A stretch of DNA of 64,000 nucleotides, taken from a virus (taxonomy: Duplodnaviria > Caudoviricetes). Shown in pieces: positions 1 through 8,003 of the stretch. The notes below the pieces were generated by a model. The model worked only from the letters and a program-made list of their open reading frames with translations. It was not told the origin of the DNA and searched no databases. Position 1 is the first letter of the stretch. Every line of letters starts with the position of its first letter. The translations under genes and the position numbers were made by a program. The DNA is taken from positions 13,678-77,677 of IMG/VR virus record IMGVR_UViG_3300037722_000240; one strand, given 5' to 3'.

Positions 1-110
1 TTTTCTGCAAGCCCGTTTTGGAAGAAACACCCTACAGTATTTACAAATTTAAGAAGTCAAAACAAAATTTCTTTATGGCTTCATCGAGTTAGATAAAAAG
101 AGGCTATAAA

Positions 111-356
111 ATGTATTTTGTAGTAAAAGAAAAAATGACCGAAAAACCTATTCTTTTTATTCTTACACCCTCTTTAGTAAAGGCAAAGTCACTTATGGCA
201 GAATGGGCAGTAAATAATGACCATGTAAATAGTGATGGAGAATTGGTCCATTTTTATGATACTCATTATATTGTTGAAATTAATTATCAACTATTTGATG
301 AATACGTTAGCCCCAAGTGGGAAGTAATATTTCAAGAAGTAGGAGAAACTAAATGA
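111..356 (+). CDS. hypothetical phage protein; N-terminus paralogous to 750..1007
   Basis: ORF track; starts MYFVVKEKMTEKPILFI; in a tightly packed operon. Confidence 0.7.
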   Translation: MYFVVKEKMTEKPILFILTPSLVKAKSLMAEWAVNNDHVNSDGELVHFYDTHYIVEINYQLFDEYVSPKWEVIFQEVGETK

Positions 357-748
357 TTACTCTACAAGAACTAGCCGATAAATATCTCTATCTAAAAAGA
401 GAAAGAGGAAAAGAAGTAAATGAACTACAAAAATTTCTACAAACACATAGATACCTTTTTTCTACAAATCGCACCACAGATGCTCATGAATTTACTTATA
501 CTGAGAGAATTGTTGAGGGAATAAGTGTTGATATTTATTGGAGTCCTAGAAGCGGGGTTATTAACATTGTTACAGGAACTCTTTATTCTGAGTTTGGGCA
601 CTATATAGTTGAAAGAGATTCTCCACCAGACCCGGAGAAGATAAAGAAAGCTATTCAACATAAGATTAATAGTATGTCTGATAATTATAAGTTTGATATT
701 AAAAAGATAAGAGATTCGATTTCTATACTAAAGAAAGCAGGATTATAA
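353..748 (+). CDS. hypothetical phage protein
   Basis: 131 aa ORF with ATGA overlap to the previous gene and AGGAG upstream. Confidence 0.75.
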   Translation: MITLQELADKYLYLKRERGKEVNELQKFLQTHRYLFSTNRTTDAHEFTYTERIVEGISVDIYWSPRSGVINIVTGTLYSEFGHYIVERDSPPDPEKIKKAIQHKINSMSDNYKFDIKKIRDSISILKKAGL

Positions 749-749
749 A

Positions 750-1007
750 ATGTACTTTGAGGTAAAAGAGATAATGACTGAAAAACCTATTCTTTTTATC
801 TCTGCTTCTTCTAAACGACAAGCTTTTAAGTTTGCAGATAATTTTCTACTTTATAACGAGCGTCATTGGAAAAACCATCGTATGGTTCAAATTACTAAGA
901 AAAAGTTTGATAAATTTGCTAATCGTTCTTATGGTATAATTTATGAAGATTCACCTAAAGCCTACCTTGGTTATTATCTTAATAGACGATATGATGGAGA
1001 AAATTAA
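750..1007 (+). CDS. hypothetical phage protein; N-terminus paralogous to 111..356
   Basis: starts MYFEVKEIMTEKPILFI. Confidence 0.7.
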   Translation: MYFEVKEIMTEKPILFISASSKRQAFKFADNFLLYNERHWKNHRMVQITKKKFDKFANRSYGIIYEDSPKAYLGYYLNRRYDGEN

Positions 1008-1009
1008 TA

Positions 1010-1363
1010 ATGAGTTACGCTAGAAAAAGTACATCAGATTTATATTTAGTAGGAACTACAGGGCATGGTGGTAACATTATTTATGAATGTATGTCATGTG
1101 AATTAATGGATAAAGTACAACAAGAATCTATATTCCAAGCTGGAATATTTTACGAAATATATCCCACATATATTATGCACAATCATACTGCCATGATGCG
1201 TCATTTAAGACATCATATGCTTGCCGGCCATCAAGTTAATTATGAAACAATAGTTAGAGTATTGAGTGAGTATTATGATAAAGTTTTTCCAAAGGAAAGT
1301 AAATACATTTCAGATGAATATTCCAAGTTATTTGCTCAGTTTGATTATGAACAAGAGGAGTAG
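1010..1363 (+). CDS. hypothetical phage protein
   Basis: 117 aa; GGAG upstream; abuts previous gene. Confidence 0.7.
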   Translation: MSYARKSTSDLYLVGTTGHGGNIIYECMSCELMDKVQQESIFQAGIFYEIYPTYIMHNHTAMMRHLRHHMLAGHQVNYETIVRVLSEYYDKVFPKESKYISDEYSKLFAQFDYEQEE

Positions 1364-1371
1364 TACGAGCA

Positions 1372-1569
1372 ATGAAACTGAATAAACTAAAGTTCAGGAT
1401 GCTATGTCCAAACTGTCATGCTTATGTTTATATTCATTCTGTAGGCATTAATATAAATAGTTTACAGAATGGGAATATTGGTATTAGTTATGACTGTCCA
1501 ACATGTAAATCAACTCTACAAATACAATTACAAAGTAGTGAAATAATACAAAGTAGTGAAATAAAATAA
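1372..1569 (+). CDS. small Zn-ribbon protein
   Basis: CPNC...CPTC motifs; GAGGAG upstream. Confidence 0.7.
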   Translation: MKLNKLKFRMLCPNCHAYVYIHSVGININSLQNGNIGISYDCPTCKSTLQIQLQSSEIIQSSEIK

Positions 1570-1651
1570 TTATCTTAATTTTTATACACAACCTGTTACT
1601 CACGATTCAAAACTAATTTTGTTTCACACAAATAAGGAGAGAAACTAAACT

Positions 1652-1831
1652 ATGATGCCACAACAAGATTACGAGCGAGAATTTAGTAAAATAATAAATA
1701 TGTCAGTACATACTAATAATCACACTTATATAACATATAAACTTGTTAGATTTGCTGTATCTATTTTAATGCATATACTAAGAGAACGATATAACGATAT
1801 TTTGAGGAAAACTAACGATGCCACAAACTAA
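1652..1831 (+). CDS. hypothetical 59-aa protein (below ORF-track cutoff)
   Basis: AAGGAGAG upstream, ATG at 1652, MMPQQDYERE..., TAA at 1829-1831 overlapping the next gene. Confidence 0.55.
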   Translation: MMPQQDYEREFSKIINMSVHTNNHTYITYKLVRFAVSILMHILRERYNDILRKTNDATN

Positions 1832-2075
1832 CGATACTACACAATTACTACAATATCAATTATTTCTATGTACAGATTCTTTTATAACTAGACTAGATTA
1901 TACTACTGCTAAAGAAATGTGGAAAGTATGTATACGTAATAATTATAATTTTATAGAATGGAAAGAGTTTTATACAGAACAAGACGCAGAAGAATATGCT
2001 CAAAGCCATCTCCGTAGATATACTCATTGGATTTGTTTTAGTTCAGATACTAAGCAGGAAATATTTAGGTCGTAA
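1818..2075 (+). CDS. hypothetical phage protein
   Basis: 85 aa; GAGG upstream. Confidence 0.65.
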   Translation: MPQTNDTTQLLQYQLFLCTDSFITRLDYTTAKEMWKVCIRNNYNFIEWKEFYTEQDAEEYAQSHLRRYTHWICFSSDTKQEIFRS

Positions 2076-2402
2076 TATGAGTTCATTAATTCTAATTTAT
2101 ATAGCGTCGCGGTTACTTGAAAACACTAACTTACTTTGTTTTACTGAAAGATTCATAAAAAAAAACAAACACCGGCATAAAGTATTGTCGGTGTATTTTT
2201 TTGTCCAGGAATCTGGTACAGTGGTATGGTGGTACCTAAGGGGATTGTATTAGGAGAACCAAGGGGCGGTTATGGTACAGGTACTCTTTTAGTGCGAGAA
2301 CCGGGTATCCGTATATTGGCCCACCGGACACCAGGAATATTAATCCCCGGTTCAAATAAGATTTACGTTATAAAACATAGATTTATCTATACAATTGGAT
2401 AC

Positions 2403-2432
2403 TTGACCTGGTCCACATACCTGGCGTATAAT
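2403..2432 (+). promoter_or_regulatory. sigma70-type promoter
   Basis: TTGACC-18bp-TATAAT upstream of 2532. Confidence 0.6.
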
Positions 2433-2531
2433 CAAGCTGAGGCAGGCCCGCGTCAATTTTGACTGGTACGTGGGCGTGCTTTTTGTTTACAGGATGCGGT
2501 TGGTGCCGTTCAATAGCCAAGGAGAATCCAT

Positions 2532-2972
2532 ATGGCAAAGAATAGAAAGGCCCAAGCCGCAGGTACTGACGAGGCCGCTGACGCCCCAGTTAGTGCCGCT
2601 GGTTCCATCATGCAACAGATAATTGATGGAACCGTAAGTCAACTGGTGTTTATCATCAACCCTGCACCGTTTATCCGTGAGGACTCGGTGGAAGAGGGTG
2701 AAATGCACCGTGGTAATACTCCGTGGTTGATTCACTTGCCTGCACTTGGAGTTACGGTACAGGCATTGAACCACAACGGAGAACCCAAGGTCGGATATTA
2801 TGACTATCGGGAGGCGATGGACCACGCTCGCCAGATTTGGAACCGATGTGTCGAGGACCCGTCAATTATTGAGGGTCTCCGTACCGAGTCAGCAAGTTAT
2901 TGGCCTGGAACCGTTCATTCAGACGGTAAGATTATGTTCAGGTACATCGACGTTCAGCCTCTCAATTTGTAG
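2532..2972 (+). CDS. hypothetical early protein
   Basis: 146 aa; AAGGAG RBS; GC content higher than the flanking genes. Confidence 0.8.
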   Translation: MAKNRKAQAAGTDEAADAPVSAAGSIMQQIIDGTVSQLVFIINPAPFIREDSVEEGEMHRGNTPWLIHLPALGVTVQALNHNGEPKVGYYDYREAMDHARQIWNRCVEDPSIIEGLRTESASYWPGTVHSDGKIMFRYIDVQPLNL

Positions 2973-3043
2973 TCTGAACGTCTAGTATGTACCGCATCCT
3001 GTAAACTCCTCTTTCGCTTGGGTTCAGAAAAAGGAGAAATCAC

Positions 3044-3229
3044 ATGAACCCCAATTTAGAATACCGAACCAGATTTATGATTCAAGGCGATTACTACGAA
3101 GAATTACCCAGGAGGCGGTCCCAATTCAAGGTAATTGGTTCACATCAAACCGATGTGCCTATTGAAAAGAAAGCGGAATGTACCGATAATCCGCATCGAG
3201 ACGATAGACCACAAACTCGGTTCAAATAA
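3044..3229 (+). CDS. hypothetical small protein
   Basis: 61 aa; AAGGAG RBS. Confidence 0.5.
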   Translation: MNPNLEYRTRFMIQGDYYEELPRRRSQFKVIGSHQTDVPIEKKAECTDNPHRDDRPQTRFK

Positions 3230-3244
3230 AGGAAAAGTGTACCA

Positions 3245-3748
3245 ATGGCAAAGAAAGCTACAAATGGTAAAGTAACTGCACCAATTCTTCCTCAGCCGCG
3301 TACAATATCACAATCGCCGCTGTATACCCTTGTACCAACAATTAGGGACCAGTTTCGGCGAGTTGAACTTCGAGATGCGAATGGTGCGGTCAAGGCTATC
3401 TTGATTGACCAGGACCAGAAGAAGGAACAAAATGTTGGTGAAGCGAATCTGAACTTCCTTTGTGGTTTAATTCTAGGCGCTACTGGCGGTCGAGGGGACA
3501 AACCCGATGGTGCATGTATTTGGGTTGCTGGTAACGCTACCCAAATGAAGAATTTGAACGATTACATTCTGTACATGGAACCACGAACGCGTGGAACCAT
3601 TTTGGAAGCGCCGGTATCGAGGTTTCTGAGTATCGTTTCGGCCCGTGCCGCCGTCTTGGGACCATCATTGGAGAAGTACCCTCCAACGGTTAAGGTGCGT
3701 GATGTAAGTATTGGTGCGGAAGAAGAGGAGGTCGAAGTCGTTTTATAA
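3245..3748 (+). CDS. hypothetical early protein
   Basis: 167 aa; AAGGA RBS; basic N-terminus and acidic C-terminus. Confidence 0.8.
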   Translation: MAKKATNGKVTAPILPQPRTISQSPLYTLVPTIRDQFRRVELRDANGAVKAILIDQDQKKEQNVGEANLNFLCGLILGATGGRGDKPDGACIWVAGNATQMKNLNDYILYMEPRTRGTILEAPVSRFLSIVSARAAVLGPSLEKYPPTVKVRDVSIGAEEEEVEVVL

Positions 3749-3773
3749 GCTGTAGCACCCTCACCACAATAAG

Positions 3774-3978
3774 TGAGCGGTACGGAGGTCAACATGACTC
3801 TGTACCGCTCATTAGTGGGTTAAGGAGAGGTTATAAAGATGGTTCGGAAATCAATCGAACATTAGGAGGGCACCTATTGCCCGTCTTTATAACCTATCCT
3901 ATCTACATTGTACCATAGGAGCTAATCCCCACACCGGGTAGGATACCCATATTAGTTTAGCCAGGTTACAATGTAGAT
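3774..3978 (+). ncRNA. candidate structured RNA(s): three consecutive closed stem domains upstream of tRNA-Ile2
   Basis: helices 3774-3811, 3823-3900 (three-way junction) and 3901-3978 visible by complementarity; no credible ORF. Confidence 0.4.
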
Positions 3979-3981
3979 TCT

Positions 3982-4054
3982 GGGCCCATAGCTCAGGGGT
4001 TAGAGCAGCCGGCTCATAACCGGTAGGTCGTAGGTTCAATTCCTACTGGGCCCA
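3982..4054 (+). tRNA. tRNA-Ile2 (CAT; Met not excluded)
   Basis: cloverleaf with acceptor GGGCCCA/TGGGCCC and anticodon arm GCCGG-CT CAT AA-CCGGT; C4-G69 and C5-G68 match TilS determinants; no encoded CCA. Confidence 0.9.
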
Positions 4055-4057
4055 CTA

Positions 4058-4312
4058 CACCAGTATTACACCGTGGAACAACCATTTATAATGGTAACCG
4101 GTAAGATACTGGTGGATATAGACGCTCTGCCAAGCGGATTGACTGAGTACCACTCCGTCGGCACCAAGATAGCAACACCATAGACAGTAAGTGTACCACT
4201 TATGTTGCCTTGGTAGCCTACCCCAACATATGGGTAGCATTACCGGGTGTTATAGGAAGTAGAATAGAGGGTATATAGAGTACCAAGGTGCTTTGGCAGA
4301 GCGCCTTTTTTT
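4058..4312 (+). ncRNA. candidate structured RNA(s) downstream of tRNA-Ile2, ending in a T7 run
   Basis: hairpin 4058-4114; 12-bp closing helix 4123-4134/4292-4303 enclosing several stems; T run 4306-4312. Confidence 0.4.
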
Positions 4313-4622
4313 ATTAATCTTTATGGTTCAGATGTCCTAATTTCTACAGACAACCCGTTACCGGTGGTGCGAACCAGGGTTTAGGGGTTCGCTGATATCA
4401 ACTTACGATACTGGTGCAGATATCGCTTTAGTGTGGGAACCGGCTGTTTGGGACGGTGGTACCTAGGGCGTATACCAAGTTGTACCATATTTGTGGTGCG
4501 CGTACTAGTGAGATACTGGTTCCCATACTCTTCCATTTTAAAGGCGTCACGCTCAGACGAGCGTATAGTACAGGAACCGGAAAATCTGGTAGTATACCTG
4601 GTAGTTTCGATATGATTGGTTA

Positions 4623-4651
4623 TTGAAATACAACGTACCATATAGTATACT
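4623..4651 (+). promoter_or_regulatory. sigma70-type promoter
   Basis: TTGAAA-17bp-TATACT upstream of the 4718 operon. Confidence 0.5.
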
Positions 4652-4717
4652 AAGATGATGGAAAGTGTGGGGTCTGTGTACCACAAAAACCGGTTCGATT
4701 ACCAGGAGGATGGTGCA

Positions 4718-5230
4718 ATGCGTAAGAAACGAATAGCCATACGCGAAACTGGTACAGAGTTTGAAACTGGGGTCGTTTTTAGTCCAAGCTGGGACGACTT
4801 CAAAGCAGTGTTAGGCAGACTTTGGGAATTGGGCATGGAACCAGAAATCATGCCATATAACACATCAATCCAAGAAACATTGAGAAACCGGTCTATAGCC
4901 AACAAAGTGGTTCCTGATATGTTGGCTAAGGCAGAGTACCGAAAACTTCACGAAAATGCACCTTTTGTGGTACAAGCTGGTCTATGGGTTATTGCATGTT
5001 ACAATTACAAATGGTGCAGAGGCCCTTATCCTGGCACCATAAAGAAATATAGGGCACCAAAGCGGAAGCCTGTAATGGAGTTTCGGTGCCCTTACTGTGG
5101 TAACATATGGACACCGAACCCCCGGTTCAAGAATAGAAAGGTGATACTATCACAATTTGCTTCTTGGATTGCGAACCACAAATCGTGCAATTCCGTTACT
5201 CACATTGAGTTAGCACCAGGAGTAGTATAA
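4718..5230 (+). CDS. hypothetical protein with CxxC motif
   Basis: start moved to MRKKRIA after AGGAGG; CPYC motif. Confidence 0.7.
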   Translation: MRKKRIAIRETGTEFETGVVFSPSWDDFKAVLGRLWELGMEPEIMPYNTSIQETLRNRSIANKVVPDMLAKAEYRKLHENAPFVVQAGLWVIACYNYKWCRGPYPGTIKKYRAPKRKPVMEFRCPYCGNIWTPNPRFKNRKVILSQFASWIANHKSCNSVTHIELAPGVV

Positions 5231-5712
5231 TGAATATCTTCTATTTGGACCAGGAACTAGACAAGATAGCTGAGTACCACGCCGATAGGCATGTAATCAA
5301 AATGCCGGTAGAAAGTGCACAAATGTGTAGCACCGTAGCAAGAGAACGGTGCGGGATTGATGTTGGTTATAAATCAGTGTTTATCAACCATCCTTGTACC
5401 AGATGGACGGCGGCAAGCCGAGAAAACTGGTCCTGGAACCTATCTCTTGCAACATGGTTGTGTGCTGAGTATACGCACCGCTGGGGCAATATACATGCCA
5501 CAACTGACGTTATTGTGGAACTTACTGAGCACAAGAACCAGATTTTGAAACATCTACCAGATGTTCCTTTCACTGAACCACCAAAAGTGGTTTCTGCTGA
5601 ATTCAAGCACTTGCCAACAGTGGACGCGTACCGGCAATACTATATTGTAGTGAAACAACGACTTCACAAGTGGACCAATCGACCTATACCAGAGTGGATT
5701 CCAAATGAATGA
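5230..5712 (+). CDS. pyrimidine dimer DNA glycosylase / DenV-like family protein
   Basis: MNIFYLD...HVIKMPVESAQMCST...HPCTRW...CAEYTHRWG..H signature. Confidence 0.85.
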   Translation: MNIFYLDQELDKIAEYHADRHVIKMPVESAQMCSTVARERCGIDVGYKSVFINHPCTRWTAASRENWSWNLSLATWLCAEYTHRWGNIHATTDVIVELTEHKNQILKHLPDVPFTEPPKVVSAEFKHLPTVDAYRQYYIVVKQRLHKWTNRPIPEWIPNE

Positions 5713-5797
5713 CGATACGGTCCGTAAGTTAGTTTGGTGGTTAACGTCTCAACCTTGGTGGCCTGAGATATGGGAATATCTAAGGAGGAACCAATGA
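5705..5797 (+). CDS. 30-aa Trp-rich micro-protein
   Basis: MNDDTVRKLVWWLTSQPWWPEIWEYLRRNQ; overlaps both neighbours, ATGA at the 3' end. Confidence 0.45.
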   Translation: MNDDTVRKLVWWLTSQPWWPEIWEYLRRNQ

Positions 5798-6003
5798 GTC
5801 TGATTGAAGACCCAGAACAACACGACTGTACCGGCGAAGTCCTAGAGATACCGGAGGATTATTATGATTACAAAGATAATGATGGACCGTACCGAGAGGA
5901 CGATATTCGAGAATGGAGTTCCGGTAGCGAATCTGTCCGAAGAGGTAGTGATGACGTGTCCAGAGTGTTTGGCACCAGCGGTACGGGTCATCACCCTGCA
6001 TGA
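5794..6003 (+). CDS. acidic hypothetical protein (overlaps 5864 ORF in another frame)
   Basis: strong AAGGAGG RBS before MSLIEDPEQ. Confidence 0.35.
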   Translation: MSLIEDPEQHDCTGEVLEIPEDYYDYKDNDGPYREDDIREWSSGSESVRRGSDDVSRVFGTSGTGHHPA

Positions 6004-6328
6004 TAAGATATACTACGGCCATTCTGGTACAGGGGGTGATTTCGGCCATATGTGCGAAGCTGACCCGATAGATGCACCAGACGCTATTACCATTCTGGAA
6101 TACGGAGAACCGCGGTACCTAGGATGGGAGCACCACGAGTATGAATCCGAACCAGAACCAGGAAAGCCAGAAGAATATCCTGATTGGGTTCAAGATTTTC
6201 TGGATAGTATAGATAGTGATGACCCATTCGATGACCCAGATTATCGGGACCAGTTAAACAATCCTGATAATTGGATTTCTGGTTTAGATGATGAAGATGG
6301 TCCCATTAGCCCAATAGGGAATATATGA
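5864..6328 (+). CDS. hypothetical protein, CxxC plus acidic C-terminus
   Basis: GGAGG RBS 6 nt upstream; CPEC motif. Confidence 0.7.
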   Translation: MITKIMMDRTERTIFENGVPVANLSEEVVMTCPECLAPAVRVITLHDKIYYGHSGTGGDFGHMCEADPIDAPDAITILEYGEPRYLGWEHHEYESEPEPGKPEEYPDWVQDFLDSIDSDDPFDDPDYRDQLNNPDNWISGLDDEDGPISPIGNI

Positions 6329-6519
6329 TGTGTGGTGCGTGTGACACCAAAGCATCTATTCGAGCCCGAAAATGGGTACAGGAAACCCGTGAACGAGTTA
6401 TGAACCAGGAGGCCGCCAATGCTTTACTACGTTTGTGTCCGCACCAAGAGTTCAATAAGAAAGTGTTTGGTTCAAGCACCAAACGGGTTTGTCGCTGTGA
6501 TGTATGTAATCTTGCATGA
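6325..6519 (+). CDS. small Cys-rich protein
   Basis: CGAC, CPH, CRCDVC; ATGA overlap. Confidence 0.55.
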   Translation: MMCGACDTKASIRARKWVQETRERVMNQEAANALLRLCPHQEFNKKVFGSSTKRVCRCDVCNLA

Positions 6520-6722
6520 CATACAACATCCACTACGAACCGAGATTAGAAACGTGGAGGTTGAACCATTCTATGTGTACCAAGACCGTTATGTAGATGG
6601 TTATTACTCAGGTTTCTATATGTACACTGTACCAAAAGATTTCGAGTATAATCCGGGAGGTACAAACCGCATACAAGAAAACTGAACCCGAACCAATTAA
6701 TTTCTATCAGGAGGAAAACAAA

Positions 6723-6833
6723 ATGAACCAGTACCCGTATCTAACAAGGATGATTAAGTTGTCATGCTTGCTGTGGAAAATTCGGTACGTTATGCGAACC
6801 ATAGTGAACCAGAACCAGGAGGAAACAAAATGA
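6723..6833 (+). CDS. 36-aa hypothetical protein
   Basis: AGGAGG RBS; MNQYPYLTRMIK... Confidence 0.45.
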   Translation: MNQYPYLTRMIKLSCLLWKIRYVMRTIVNQNQEETK

Positions 6834-7060
6834 CACTATATACAGTACTTGTAATGATTGACTATGGTAACGGCAATATCCTAAAGAAACTGTTTTTGGT
6901 ACAAGAATTAAATCCAAAAGATGCTGTGAATAAGGTATTAGCGTTACCAATGTCTAACAGTACAGCTCTTACATTAACAATAGAGTGCCGGACCACGTTT
7001 TCTGATATTAAGAAGCCGGTATTTCTTGGACATATGGCTTCAGTTCCTGTGAGAGAATAA
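6830..7060 (+). CDS. hypothetical protein
   Basis: AGGAGG RBS before MTLYTVLV; ATGA overlap. Confidence 0.65.
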   Translation: MTLYTVLVMIDYGNGNILKKLFLVQELNPKDAVNKVLALPMSNSTALTLTIECRTTFSDIKKPVFLGHMASVPVRE

Positions 7061-7087
7061 CCGAACCCGAACCACCTAATTTCCACC

Positions 7088-7124
7088 GGGAGCCAGTTAC
7101 CTCCAGTAGCTGGTTCCCTTTTTT
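7088..7124 (+). terminator. intrinsic terminator of the early operon
   Basis: GGGAGCCAGTTAC-loop-GTAGCTGGTTCCC followed by T6. Confidence 0.85.
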
Positions 7125-7739
7125 ATTTGAAATCATGGTTCAAAACGAGGCTAAAGATAAATCGTACTCAGATATTGGTATTATATGCTATAGTAGTATG
7201 TATAGTATAGAGTATAGGGTACAAGGAGTATGTTTACTGGGTCAATCAACGTTTTAGGGGTACAATGAACATATTTATTGGGACAATCAACCTTTTCTTG
7301 GTATGTACTGACAAACATACACTTTGTACCATATAGTTGCACAATTCTATCGGAATATGCGTAAATGTACCATTATTGACAAATGGCTACCAGGTTGTGC
7401 ATATCATGGTACCTAAGACCAGCAACCCTAATTGCTTATACCTTTCCTGTTACCGTAACCAGTGGTACCTATACTATATAGCATAAAGGGATTATTGAAC
7501 CATGGGTCCATTTTTAGTCGCCCATGAACATATGTTCTACCGGGTTATTGGTACATATATTCTAATTGCTAATTTGAACCGTGTTACTGGTACACTGGTA
7601 CCCATATATATACTATACATATCGTGGTACCGGGGAGCCTAATCGGGGCGAACTGGTATCGTGGTACCAATGCTGATGGTAGTGGTGCAGATTTTGTGAA
7701 AGTACACTAACCAGGAAAATGGTACCAAATATCCACATT

Positions 7740-7886
7740 TTCTAATTGGCTTAACGGTACCGTTACCGGGGTATCATGGTACCACACTTTCTAATTGCCA
7801 ATGTGGTACCGTTACTTTGATATCGTGGTACCAGATATTCTAATTGCCTCATTGGTACCGTTACTGAGATATCATGGTACCGGAAA
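7740..7886. repeat. three tandem 49-bp units, each with two GGTACC sites (degenerate copies extend left to about 7401)
   Basis: TTCTAATTG at 7740, 7789, 7838; GGTACC at 7756, 7778, 7805, 7827, 7854, 7876. Confidence 0.9.
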
Positions 7887-8003
7887 CAGCGAAAATTTTT
7901 TAGAACCAATGTTCTGGTTCCTGGGCGCGATTCTTCTTGGCGGATATTAGAACAGGGGTTCTAAACGCGGATCGAAATTAGCACGTTCGTTCTATAAGGG
8001 ATT

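Noticed and set aside
1530-1569. 18-bp tandem duplication (QSSEII-QSSEIK) at the end of a Zn-ribbon gene
   Set aside because: Two copies only; most likely a simple slippage event
3823-3900. Hammerhead ribozyme
   Set aside because: Three-way junction lacks CUGANGA and GAAA
4055-4686. ORF-track entries 4055..4240, 4381..4686 and 4433..4615
   Set aside because: No RBS, atypical composition, and they lie in a base-paired non-coding region
7740-7886. CRISPR array
   Set aside because: Variable parts are only 5-7 nt inside a 49-bp unit; no 25-45 nt unique spacers and no cas genes. The PD-(D/E)XK nuclease at 55184 is a common stand-alone phage enzyme.
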